A program made the translations under genes and the position numbers. The notes below the pieces were generated by a model. It did not search any database, was not told the DNA's origin, and saw nothing but the letters and a program-made list of their open reading frames with translations. A DNA stretch of 64,000 nucleotides from an uncultured Thermoleophilia bacterium (GTDB lineage: Bacteria > Actinomycetota > Thermoleophilia > UBA2241), in assembly GCA_963702475.1 (NCBI GenBank), contig CAVPCT010000002.1, positions 128,001 through 192,000 on the forward strand. The letters are read 5' to 3'. Numbering within the stretch: the first letter of the stretch is position 1; each line of letters opens with the position of its first letter. Shown in pieces: positions 51,421 through 62,936 of the stretch.

Positions 51421-54400
51421 CTACCAGATCCAGGAGACCGGCTTCTCCGGGCCCAGCGTCACCTTGACGGTCATCGGGCGCCAGTAGTGACGGTGAAGTG
51501 CTTGCTGGGAGAGCCCTTCCGGTGCAGTCATAAGGGCACCGGACCTGAACCTGAGCGCGCTCACCGCGACCACGCTCCCCGGGGTCGCGTGCCGCAGGAA
51601 GCCGACCACGTCCTCCTCGGTGTACGTAGGCGTTCCGTCGAGCGCCAGCATGATGTCGCCGCCGACTCCGTACCACGAGCCGTCGTCTTGCACCCACTTG
51701 CCGTTGTACTTCAGGAGCTGCCGAGCCCCGCGAAGCCCGGCCTTGGCCGCAGGGCTGCCGGGCATGACGCCCCCGATCAGGATCCCCTGCTGCTCGCCAA
51801 GCCCGAACGACCTGGCCAGCTTCGTCCTGGTCGCCTCGGGCGTCAGGACACCCCAGTAATCGATGCCGAGCGTGACGGGCTGCGCATACTCCTGCATACC
51901 GCGCGCCACGCCGTCGACCGTGAAGCGGTAGTAGTTGACGCCCGTGGCGGCGCCGGGGCCTGCGAGCGCGCCCAGGTTCCTGTATCCGGTTGCCTCGGTC
52001 GCGTTCTTGTACCCGGGCCCCATCACGGCGATGAGGTGGCCGGTCGTGTCGACCAGTGCCCCACCCATCGGCGACTTCGTGGGGTTACTGGTGACCATCT
52101 GGAGGACCCGATGTTTGGAGCCAGCGACTGCCTGGGAGCCGCTGTACGTGGACAAGACGGTGCCGCCGGACCGCAGGAGCTCCCCACCCAATCGGCTCAG
52201 GCAGATGACCCGATCCCCCTTGCGGACCGAGTCGGAGTCCCCCTCGGGCATCGGCTGAAGGCGGAGCGAACCGGGGTCGACCTTGATCAAGGTGGTGGTG
52301 TCGTTCCCCGCCACGCATTTGATCTTGTAGCCGCGTAGCGTGTGATAGCTGCCATTGCCGTAGATCCCGACGGTGACGACCTCCGGGTCGATCAGGACCG
52401 GCCAGCGGCCCAGCGGGTCGTCGCTGGTGTAGATGAGTCCGTCCTTCGAGACGATCACGCCCGACTCGTGAACGCGCTTCCAGACGATGCGATGCTGCTT
52501 GTCGGCGACCCGCACCTTGGCGCTGATGTCGACGATGCTGTCCCCGTGCTTGTCGGCGATCTGCTGGGCGGTGAGCTGCACGGGCCCGGACGGCTCGTCC
52601 TGCGTCGTGGGCCTGAAGGCCACGACCGCGATCGCCGCGACGAAGGCGACGGCGATGACGGCAGTCGCGGCGACGAGGAGCGGCGCACGCCGCCGCAGGG
52701 TGCGTCGCGCGCGCCGCGAGAGGAAGAAGCGCCGCTTGGGCTTGGCGACCTCGGCGGCGACCCTCTCGGCGCGGGCGAAGTGGGCGGCCGCGGCGGTGGC
52801 GTCGAGCGGAGCCGCGCGTCCCCCGGCCAGCTCCAGGTAGCGGCTGGTGGGTCCGGCAAGCTCGTCCTCAAGCTCGAACAGCCCGCAGGCGGTGGCCATC
52901 TCCAGGGCCGTCGCGTAGTGGTAGGCGAGGATCTCGGCCATGTCCTCGGTGCGCCCGGCGGTGCGCTCCTCGAGCCACCTCGCGAGGGCGGCGTGCTTCG
53001 CGGCTCGGTCTGCGCGAGTGAGCTGCGCGTAGGCGACATCGCAGACGAGGGCGTGGATGAAGACGAACTCGGCCTCGCCCTCGATGGAGGAACTGCGCGC
53101 AGGCCGCACGAGTTCCTTGGCCACCAGCTCGTGCAGGCCCTCGAAGACCGCCGCCGGTCCCTCACCGCCCACAGCCGCCACCGCACCGGCCCAGAAGGTG
53201 CGTCCTACCACGGCGGCGTCGGCGAGCAGCGCCTTGCGCACGGGGCCGAGGAGGTCAAGGCGCGCGGCGATGAGGGCGCCTATGGAGCCCGGCGTGGGCA
53301 GCTCGGCCCCTTCCTTGAGCATCGTCTGGCCGCCGTGGGTGACGAGCAGATCGCCATCCTCCAGGAGGCGCACCAGCTCCTCGGCGAAGAGGGGGTTGCC
53401 GCCGGAGCGTTCGAGCAGGGTGGCCTGGAGCTTGACGGGCAGCGACTTGGCGCCCAGGCGGGCGAGGACGAGCTGCGCCGTCTCATCGCCGGAGAGGGGA
53501 CCGACGGCGATGTGCTCGGCGGCGGCGCAGAAGCCAGCACCCGCGCCGCTGCGCTCGAGGAGCTCGGGACGGGAGGTGGCGAGGATCAGCAGGGGAACCT
53601 CGGCGCTGCTCTGCGCGAGGTAGTCCATGAAGGCGAGCATGCCCTCGTCGGCCCAGTGCAGGTCCTCGACCACGACCACCGCGGGTCCCGCGGCGGCGAG
53701 ACCCGCGAGGAAGTCTCGCCAGGCGGCGAAGTTGTCCTCGCGGCCCGCATCCTCCGCCTCCAGACCGAGCAGAGGGCGGAGGCGGCCGCGCAGGCGGTCG
53801 CGGTCGGTCCTGTCGGCGAGGACGGCCTCGAGCCGCGCCTCCGTGCGCGCCACGCCGTCGCTGTCCAGGACGCCGGCCGAGTCTCTGACGATCTCCGACA
53901 GGGCCCAGAAGGTGACGTTGGAGCCGAACGGTAGGCAGCGGCCCTGGCGCCAGGTGACGACCTCGGGCCGCTCGTCGAGGCGGCGGGCGAACTCGGCCAG
54001 CAGGCGGCTCTTCCCGATGCCCGGTTCGCCGACGATCAGGGCGAACCGGGGATGACCGGTCTCGGCAGCTTCATCCAGGAGCTTGCGAAGCCCGGCGAGC
54101 TCCTCCTCGCGGCCGACGAATGTCGAGGCGAAACTGCGCAGCTCCGAGCCGGTACGCGCCAGGGGCGCGGTGGCGATCCAGGCTGCCAAGGGCGCGGTCT
54201 TGCCCTTGACGATGACGGGGTGGCAGGCCTCGAACGTGAAGATGCGCTCGGTGGCAGCGTGGGTGGCCTCCCCGACGGCTACAGCCATGGGCGGCGCGGC
54301 GGCCTGCAGGCGCGCGGCCACGTTGACGGCATCGCCGGTGAGAAGACCCTCGCCGCTTGAAGGATCGACATCGAGGGCGACCAGGACTTCGCCCGTGTTC

Positions 54401-54801
54401 ACCCCCACGCGCACCTCGACCGGCTGTCCGCCGATGCCCGGCAGGGCGTCGATCTCGTCGACCAGCCTCAGGGCGGCGCGCACGCCGCGCTCGGGGTCGT
54501 CCTCGTGCAGGGTGGGCACGCCAAAGACGGCCACCACGGCGTCGCCGATGAACTTCTCCACCGTTCCGCCATAGGCGTGCACCGCCCGCCGGGCCACCTC
54601 GTAGTAGCGGCGCAGAAGGGCGTTGACATCCTCGGGATCGTTCCGTTCCGAGAGGGCAGTGAAGCCGACGAGGTCGCAGAACAGGGTGGTGACCGTGCGG
54701 CGCTCCTCGAGGTGCGGTCGTGAACCCAGCAGCGCGCCGCAGTGCGGACAGGAGAGGACGGCCTCCGGGACGTCGCGACCACAAGAGGGGCAGGTGCTCA
54801 C
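51421..54801 (-). CDS. Zn-ribbon / class III adenylate cyclase / STAND (AAA_16) NTPase / TM / inactive trypsin-like (HtrA) domain / PDZ fusion
   Basis: CPSC..CPHC; LFCDLVGFT, EKFIGDAV, GDAVNVAARLQ; GEPGIGKS, VEDLHWAD, GGNPLF; TM LLVAATAVIAVAFVAAIAVVAF; SGVIVSKDG, GDSDSVRKGD, MGGALV; LGI, PGSPAAKAGLRG, GDIMLALDG. Confidence 0.88.
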   Translation of the reverse strand: MSTCPSCGRDVPEAVLSCPHCGALLGSRPHLEERRTVTTLFCDLVGFTALSERNDPEDVNALLRRYYEVARRAVHAYGGTVEKFIGDAVVAVFGVPTLHEDDPERGVRAALRLVDEIDALPGIGGQPVEVRVGVNTGEVLVALDVDPSSGEGLLTGDAVNVAARLQAAAPPMAVAVGEATHAATERIFTFEACHPVIVKGKTAPLAAWIATAPLARTGSELRSFASTFVGREEELAGLRKLLDEAAETGHPRFALIVGEPGIGKSRLLAEFARRLDERPEVVTWRQGRCLPFGSNVTFWALSEIVRDSAGVLDSDGVARTEARLEAVLADRTDRDRLRGRLRPLLGLEAEDAGREDNFAAWRDFLAGLAAAGPAVVVVEDLHWADEGMLAFMDYLAQSSAEVPLLILATSRPELLERSGAGAGFCAAAEHIAVGPLSGDETAQLVLARLGAKSLPVKLQATLLERSGGNPLFAEELVRLLEDGDLLVTHGGQTMLKEGAELPTPGSIGALIAARLDLLGPVRKALLADAAVVGRTFWAGAVAAVGGEGPAAVFEGLHELVAKELVRPARSSSIEGEAEFVFIHALVCDVAYAQLTRADRAAKHAALARWLEERTAGRTEDMAEILAYHYATALEMATACGLFELEDELAGPTSRYLELAGGRAAPLDATAAAAHFARAERVAAEVAKPKRRFFLSRRARRTLRRRAPLLVAATAVIAVAFVAAIAVVAFRPTTQDEPSGPVQLTAQQIADKHGDSIVDISAKVRVADKQHRIVWKRVHESGVIVSKDGLIYTSDDPLGRWPVLIDPEVVTVGIYGNGSYHTLRGYKIKCVAGNDTTTLIKVDPGSLRLQPMPEGDSDSVRKGDRVICLSRLGGELLRSGGTVLSTYSGSQAVAGSKHRVLQMVTSNPTKSPMGGALVDTTGHLIAVMGPGYKNATEATGYRNLGALAGPGAATGVNYYRFTVDGVARGMQEYAQPVTLGIDYWGVLTPEATRTKLARSFGLGEQQGILIGGVMPGSPAAKAGLRGARQLLKYNGKWVQDDGSWYGVGGDIMLALDGTPTYTEEDVVGFLRHATPGSVVAVSALRFRSGALMTAPEGLSQQALHRHYWRPMTVKVTLGPEKPVSWIW

Positions 54802-55117
54802 CGTTCTCGCCCCCCGTGAGGTGCCACGCTGGCTCTCCGCAAGCGCATGCGATCGGCCCCCAGGGAACTGCTTCGGATGAGTGTACCCATCGGTCAACGG
54901 TCCGGAGGGTACCGGCCTCTCAGGGCGCGCGCGAGCCCCCGCACGCCTGCCGGTGCCGTCTGAGACGGTCGGACCGTCCGGGAGGACGCACCACTGTGGA
55001 GGGAACCATCCAGCGGCCGGAATCCCCCAGCCGGACGACCTCATCCACCTCCGCCGGGAGGTTCCGGCGTGGGCTCTGTCCGGTAGGCTCGCCCACGAGC
55101 AGAGCAGGAGGAGTGCC

Positions 55118-56065
55118 ATGAGAGCGGTGGTGTGTCCAAGATACGGAGGGCCGGAGGTCCTCGAGCTGCGAGATGTGCCCAAGCCCAGTCCCAGGGACGA
55201 CGAGGTCTGCATCAGGATCACGGCGACCGCGGTGACCGCCAGTGACCTCTTCATCCGTGGATCCCGGATACCCCTGCGGTTCCGCATCCCGATGCGCCTC
55301 ATGATCGGCGTGATGCGACCGCGCCGATCGATCATCGGCCTGGTACTGGCGGGGGAGATCGAGTCGGTCGGCCGGGACATCAGGCGCTTCAAGCCCGGCG
55401 ACCACGTCTATGGCCTCACGGGGTTCAACCTCGGCGCCTACGCCGAGTACACATGTATGAAGGAGACCGACTCGACGCACGGGTGCCTGGCGTTGAAGCC
55501 GGCGAACGTGACGTACGAGGAGGCGACTGCGGCGGCCTACGGCGGGTTGCTGGCCCTGCAGGCACTGGAGACGGGTGATATCCGGCGCGGGCAGCGGGTG
55601 CTCGTGTACGGGGCCTCCAGCACGTCGGGGACGATCGCGGTGCAGTACGCGAAACATCTCGGGGCGCACGTCACGGCGGTCTGCGGCACCGCCAACGTCG
55701 AGCTGGCGCAGTCCTTGGGCGCGGACGCCGTTATCGACTACACGAAGGTTGACGCTCTCGCATCCGGCGAACAGTACGACGTCGTGCTCGACGCGGTCGG
55801 CAAGGCGAAGACGTCGAAGCTGAAGGAGTCGTGCCGAGCACACGTGTCCGGCGCAGGCAGGTACGTGTCGATCGACGATGGCAGCCTGCTGCTCGACTCG
55901 GGCCGGCTGACGCGGGTGAAGGAGTTGGTCGAGGCCGGAGCGATCAGACCGGTCGTGGACCGGTGTTACCCGCTGGACGACATCGCCGAGGCGCACAGGT
56001 ACGTGGAGCACGGACACAAACGCGGGGGAGTGGCGATTACGGTCGGGCACGAGGTCGTGGCCTGA
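55118..56065 (+). CDS. NAD(P)-dependent MDR-family oxidoreductase (zinc-independent)
   Basis: YGGPEVL, AGEIESVG, GAYAEY, VLVYGAS, AVQYAKHLGA, RPVVDRCYPL; RBS AGGAGGAG. Confidence 0.9.
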   Translation: MRAVVCPRYGGPEVLELRDVPKPSPRDDEVCIRITATAVTASDLFIRGSRIPLRFRIPMRLMIGVMRPRRSIIGLVLAGEIESVGRDIRRFKPGDHVYGLTGFNLGAYAEYTCMKETDSTHGCLALKPANVTYEEATAAAYGGLLALQALETGDIRRGQRVLVYGASSTSGTIAVQYAKHLGAHVTAVCGTANVELAQSLGADAVIDYTKVDALASGEQYDVVLDAVGKAKTSKLKESCRAHVSGAGRYVSIDDGSLLLDSGRLTRVKELVEAGAIRPVVDRCYPLDDIAEAHRYVEHGHKRGGVAITVGHEVVA

Positions 56066-56211
56066 CTGCCAGGACCGGCTGAGGAGGCCGGCGGGGCGCC
56101 CGCGGCGACTCAGCCGCGTCGACGGCCCGTGCGCCTTAGACGGCGCGGCCGGTCCGCCGTCCTCGAGGCGGCCGATGCGCCGCCTCCGCGCCGGTGGTAC
56201 GGTGGCCGGAG

Positions 56212-57393
56212 ATGATGATCCGGCCCCACAGACTCCGCGCATGGCTGCTCGCGGCACTCACGCTGGCCGCAGCCGGCGTCGCCGGTTGCGCCTCGCAGGC
56301 GAGCGGCGAGTCCGTGGCCGCGGTCGCGACCGGCGCGGCCGCGCTCCGGTCCTCGCCGGCGGCGCCGGTAGCGTCCTCGCCGGCGCCGAGCCTCGCTCCG
56401 CGCTCCGCGGTCGCCGGGTGGGGCGACCGCCGGCTGGCCGCGCAGCTGGTGATGTGCAGCGTGCCGGCGACCGACCCGCTCGCCGGCCGCAGGTACGTGC
56501 GCCTGGGCGTGGGCGGGATCGTGATCCTCGGCGCCGGGGCGCGCGGTGACATCGGCAAGGACCTGGCGTCCCTGCTCCGCACGGCGCCGCACGGCGTGAA
56601 GCCCTTCATCGCCAGCGATGAGGAGGGCGGGCAGGTGCAGCGGCTGCGGGATGTCATCTATCCGCTGCCGGCGGCCCGCGTGCAGGGCGGCTGGAGCGTG
56701 TCCAAGACGAGGTCCACCGCGAAGGACTACGGCGCCCGCCTGCGCAAGCTGCGCGTCTCGGTGGTGTTCGGGCCGGTCGCCGATCTGGACGTGCCCGGCC
56801 GCTACATGAGCTCGCTCGACCGCTGCTTCGCGTCGAAGCCCGACGACGTGGCGAGTCACGTCGTGGCCTGGGTCAAGGGGTTGGGGTCGTCCGGGGTGCT
56901 GGCGACGGTCAAGCACTGGCCCGGTCACGGTTGGGCGTCCGACACGCACGGTGGGGCGGCACGCATCCCCTCGCTCTCCAGGCTCCGCAGGGAGGACATG
57001 GTCCCCTTCGAGCGGGCCTTCGACGCCGGCGTGCCGCTCGTCATGGTCGGCCACCTGCAGTCGAAGGGCCTCACCGAGCCCGGCACGCCGGCGAGCCTCT
57101 CGCCCTCGGCGATGCGCTACCTGCGCGCGCGCGTGGGCGGGAGAACGGTCATCGTCACCGACTCGCTGTCCATGGCGGCGACCACCAAGGCGCTCGGGAT
57201 CGGCACGCCGGCGGCAGCGGTGCGTGCCCTCCAGGCCGGGGCGGACCTCGCGCTCTTCGCCTCGGCGGACCCGGACACGGTGATCGACGCCGTCACCGCG
57301 GCCATCAGGTCGGGGCGCCTGCCGCGGGCGCAGGCGGAGAAATCGGCGCAGCGCGTCCTGGAGCTCAAGCGACGGGCCGGCCTGGCGCCGTGA
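56212..57393 (+). CDS. GH3 beta-N-acetylhexosaminidase (NagZ-like) lipoprotein
   Basis: Lipobox VAGC; DEEGGQVQRL, PVADL, KHWPGHG..DTH, MVGH, TDSLSM. Confidence 0.9.
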   Translation: MMIRPHRLRAWLLAALTLAAAGVAGCASQASGESVAAVATGAAALRSSPAAPVASSPAPSLAPRSAVAGWGDRRLAAQLVMCSVPATDPLAGRRYVRLGVGGIVILGAGARGDIGKDLASLLRTAPHGVKPFIASDEEGGQVQRLRDVIYPLPAARVQGGWSVSKTRSTAKDYGARLRKLRVSVVFGPVADLDVPGRYMSSLDRCFASKPDDVASHVVAWVKGLGSSGVLATVKHWPGHGWASDTHGGAARIPSLSRLRREDMVPFERAFDAGVPLVMVGHLQSKGLTEPGTPASLSPSAMRYLRARVGGRTVIVTDSLSMAATTKALGIGTPAAAVRALQAGADLALFASADPDTVIDAVTAAIRSGRLPRAQAEKSAQRVLELKRRAGLAP

Positions 57394-57563
57394 GGCCGAG
57401 CCTGTCGACCGCGTGCGCGCGCTCGCCGGTCGCGTGACGCCCGGCCGTACCTCAGTACGGGGGTACGCGCCCGCCCGGCTTTGCTAGACTCCGCGCCGGC
57501 GCCGGACATCGCGCCGGCAGCGCCGGGCAGTAGTCTGCCGCCGGCGGTCGAATCAGAGGACTC

Positions 57564-59144
57564 ATGAGCGACCACAAGCGCAAGCTCGCCCTCGCGGCGG
57601 TCATCGTCGCCTCCGCGACCGCCGTCTCGCGTCTCACCGGTCTGGGGCGCGAGGTGATCACGGCGGCGTTCTACGGCGTCGACCCCTCGTACAACACCTT
57701 CGTCTCGGTCTCGGTGATCCCGCAACTCGTGCAGCAGCTCTTCGCCGACGCGGCGATCAGCGCCGCCTTCGTGCCGGTGTTCACGGCGCTGCTCGCGAAG
57801 GGCGAACGCGAGCGGGCGTTCCGGCTGGCCGCGAACCTTCTCGGCCTCATCGTCGTCGTCGTGGGCGTCGCCGTAGCCCTGCTCGTCCTGTTCGCCGATC
57901 CGCTCACCGCGTGGATGTATCCGGAGCTCACGGCGACGACGGCCGGCGCCGAGCTTGCCGCACAGCTGCTGCGCATCCTCGTGCCGACCATCCTCTTCCT
58001 GTCGCTGGCCGGCGCCATCAGCGGCGTCCTCTACTCGCTCGAGCGCTTCACCATGCCCGCGGTGGTCTCCATCGTCTGGAACCTGACCATCATCGCCTCG
58101 ATCCTGCTGTTCCAGGAGTCGCTCGGCGTCGAGGCCATCGCCTGGGGCATGCTCGTCGGGACCGTGCTGGAGGTCGTCCTGCTGGCCGGCACCATGCGGC
58201 GCGCGGACCGCTGGCTCTGGCCGGGCTTCGGTCTGCGCGACCCGCTGCTCGGCAAGGTACTGCTCCTCATGGTGCCGATCACGATCACGCTCGGCGTGTT
58301 GAACTTCAACGCCCTCATCGGCACCTGGTTCGCCCAGTTCGTCAGCGACAGCGCGGCGGCGGAGATCGGCTACGCCTTTCGCCTGTACCAGCTGCCGCAG
58401 GGCATCTTCGCTGTGACCATCGGCACGGTGCTGTTCCCGTCGCTCTCGCTCTTCGCGGCCGAGCACGACGAGGTGCGCTTTCGCGAGACGGTCTCCTTGG
58501 GCGTGCGGCAGATGGTCTTCGTCTCGCTGCCCTTCGTGGCGTGGTTCCTGGTCATGCCCGGGGCCTTCGTGCGGCTCGTCTACCAGCGCGGCCAGTTCGA
58601 CGCGCAGGCCACGTCCGAGGTGGCGGCGGCCCTCGCCTTCTTCGCCGTGGGCCTGGCGTTCGCCAATGCCAACATCATGTTCAACCGCGCCTTCCAGAGC
58701 ATGCAGCGGCCGCTGCTGCCGATGTACGTGAGCTTCGGCAACCTCGTCGTCAACGTGCTGCTCTGCTGGGCTCTCTACAGACCGCTCGGCGTGGCCGGCA
58801 TCACGCTGAGCATGGCGACCGTGTCGGCCGTGAACTTCGTCGCCCTGTTCGTGCTCCTGCGGCGGCGCGTGGGGCGCATCGACGGCCGCCGCATGGCCGG
58901 CGCCGCCGGCGGAGCCCTGGTCTGCGGCGGCGCGCTGGCGGCCGTGTCCTACGGCGTCTGGCGTGCTCTGCAGGGGTTCGCCGCCGGCGGCTTCTGGCCG
59001 CTGCTCGTGAGCGTGCTTGCGGCGGTGGCCGCCGGCGGCGCGGTCTATCTCGTCTTCGCGCGCCTGCTCAGGCTGGAAGAACTGGCCGTCGTGCGGCAGG
59101 TGCTGCGTCGACGTCGGCGCCGCGGGGTCGACGTCGCCGGCTGA
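57564..59144 (+). CDS. murJ: Lipid II flippase MurJ
   Basis: SRLTGLGRE, AFVPVF, RLYQLPQGIF, YQRGQF; about 14 TM. Confidence 0.94.
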   Translation: MSDHKRKLALAAVIVASATAVSRLTGLGREVITAAFYGVDPSYNTFVSVSVIPQLVQQLFADAAISAAFVPVFTALLAKGERERAFRLAANLLGLIVVVVGVAVALLVLFADPLTAWMYPELTATTAGAELAAQLLRILVPTILFLSLAGAISGVLYSLERFTMPAVVSIVWNLTIIASILLFQESLGVEAIAWGMLVGTVLEVVLLAGTMRRADRWLWPGFGLRDPLLGKVLLLMVPITITLGVLNFNALIGTWFAQFVSDSAAAEIGYAFRLYQLPQGIFAVTIGTVLFPSLSLFAAEHDEVRFRETVSLGVRQMVFVSLPFVAWFLVMPGAFVRLVYQRGQFDAQATSEVAAALAFFAVGLAFANANIMFNRAFQSMQRPLLPMYVSFGNLVVNVLLCWALYRPLGVAGITLSMATVSAVNFVALFVLLRRRVGRIDGRRMAGAAGGALVCGGALAAVSYGVWRALQGFAAGGFWPLLVSVLAAVAAGGAVYLVFARLLRLEELAVVRQVLRRRRRRGVDVAG

Positions 59145-59246
59145 CGCGGCGAGAGCGCCGGCGCCGTCCTGGGTCCGCGCCGCACGGGCCGGCTGCGGGG
59201 CGACCCTGGGCGACCGCCCCGCGCGCAGCCTGTATCATTGGCGGTC

Positions 59247-61063
<1,817 letters not shown>

Positions 61064-61064
<1 letters not shown>

Positions 61065-61666
61065 TGGCGGCGGCCGCGGACCCGCGACCTGGCCCCGCCC
61101 CGGCGTCTCAGGACGGCCCGCACCTCGCGCTGCCGTCGTCGGGGTACCAGGGCTCGTTCCTCGCCGCTCTGGGCGAGTACCACGCCGAGGGGCGGCATCG
61201 CGAGCTCGACGTCCTCCACCTCACCGATCGTGTGGAGTTCGTGCGCTATGTCGCCGCGCTCCTCGAGGACGCCGCGCACCCGGGCGCGCCAGACCGCTAC
61301 GTGCTTGGCGCTTTCGGCGTGCGCGTCGAGCCGCCGCTCGACGGCTACGTGCCGCAGACAGTGCTCTGGTGGGTGGACGGTGACGAGTACCTGGGACGCG
61401 TGAACCTGCGGCGCGACCTGAACAGGTCGCTGCTGCGGCGCGGCGGCCATATCGGCTACGAGATCCGCCCATCGGTGCGCCGGCGGGGGCATGCCACGGC
61501 GATGCTGGCGGCGACGCTGCCGCTGGCCGCGGCGCTCGGCATCGCCCAGGCGCACATCGACTGCGACGTGACCAACGTCGCCTCGCGGCGCGTGATCGAG
61601 AAGAACGGCGGGGTGTTCGAGCGCGAGGAGCGGGGCTCGTACTACTTCCTGGTGCCGACGGCGTGA
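61064..61666 (+). CDS. GNAT acetyltransferase
   Basis: GGHIGYEIRPSVRRRGHAT, NVASRRVIEKNGG. Confidence 0.9.
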
Positions 61667-62919
61667 ACGGGGGGATGGGGGGCCGCCGGCAGGCCGCCGC
61701 CCCGGCCGGCGTCACGCCGGCCGCCGTGCCCGCCTTGCATGCCGTCCCGCCGGCCGTCGCCGGCGCCTTCTCGGGCCCGGTGCGGCACTTGTACGTGCAC
61801 GTGCCCTTCTGCCGGGCCCGCTGCGACTACTGCGACTTCGTCTCATGCGCCGTCGGCGCGCCCGGCCGGCCGGGGCAGGGCGCCCTCTTCGACGCGTTCG
61901 TCGCCGCGGTGGCCGCCGAGTTGGAGCGCGAGCGGGCGGCGCACGACGTGCGCCACCTCATGACGCTCTACCTCGGCGGCGGGACGCCGAGCCTGCTCGG
62001 GCCGGAACGGCTCGAGCGGCTGCTCGAGGTCTTCCGGCTCTCGCTCACGCCGCGCGCCGAGGTCACGGTGGAGGCGAACCCTGAAGACGTGGACGCCGCC
62101 TTCGCCGCGTGGGCGGCGGGGTGGGGCGGCGACGCCGGCCGGTCAGGCGGACTGCGCGTCTCGCTGGGCGTGCAGAGCTTCGCGCCGCGTCTGCGCCTGG
62201 CTCTCGGCCGGCGGGCGCAGGCCGACCCGGCCGAGGCGTTCGCGCGCCTGCGCGACGCCGGTGCGCGTGCGCTGTCACTCGACCTGATCCACGGCATCCC
62301 CGGTCAGACCCCGGCGGACGTGGAGGCCGACATCGCGGCCGTGCTCGCCCTCGAGCCGGGCCACATCTCCTGGTACGAGCTCACCCCGGCCGCCGCGACG
62401 CCTCTCGCCGGCAGGCTCGCGGCGCTGCCGGCCGTCGACCCCGACGAGGCCGCCGCCCGCTACCGGCGTGTCGTACGCGCGCTGGCGCGCGCCGGCTACG
62501 ACTGGTACGAGGTCAGCAACCATGCCCTGCCCGGGCAGAAGGCGCGCCACAACCTGGCGTACTGGCGCGCCCGGCCCTACCTCGGCCTGGGCCCGGGCGC
62601 CGTGAGCACCGTCGGCGCCCGGCGCTGGACGAACGCGCCCGACCCGGCGGCCTGGGCCGGCGCCCTGGCCACCGGCCACGAGCCGCCGCGGCACGTCGAG
62701 CCCCTGAGCGACGACGTCCGCGCCCGCGAACGCCTGCTCCTCGCGGCCCGGTGCGGGGACCGGGTCCCCCTGCCGGAGGTGGCGTCCGTGCTCGACCGTG
62801 AGGCCGCCGCCGGCCTCGCCCTCGCTGGATTGGTTTCCCTGCACAGTGGTACAATCCGGGTGACGCGAAAGGGGCGGTACGTCGCCGGCGAGGCGTGCGT
62901 ACGTCTGTTTCGCGCTTGA
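61663..62919 (+). CDS. hemW: Radical SAM heme chaperone HemW (HemN-like); start uncertain
   Basis: LYVHVPFCRARCDYCDF, GGGTPS, EANP, YEVSN, HNLAYW; lepA-hemW-hrcA synteny. Confidence 0.9.
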   Translation: MNGGMGGRRQAAAPAGVTPAAVPALHAVPPAVAGAFSGPVRHLYVHVPFCRARCDYCDFVSCAVGAPGRPGQGALFDAFVAAVAAELERERAAHDVRHLMTLYLGGGTPSLLGPERLERLLEVFRLSLTPRAEVTVEANPEDVDAAFAAWAAGWGGDAGRSGGLRVSLGVQSFAPRLRLALGRRAQADPAEAFARLRDAGARALSLDLIHGIPGQTPADVEADIAAVLALEPGHISWYELTPAAATPLAGRLAALPAVDPDEAAARYRRVVRALARAGYDWYEVSNHALPGQKARHNLAYWRARPYLGLGPGAVSTVGARRWTNAPDPAAWAGALATGHEPPRHVEPLSDDVRARERLLLAARCGDRVPLPEVASVLDREAAAGLALAGLVSLHSGTIRVTRKGRYVAGEACVRLFRA

Positions 62920-62936
62920 CGTTTAAGGGGGCACGG

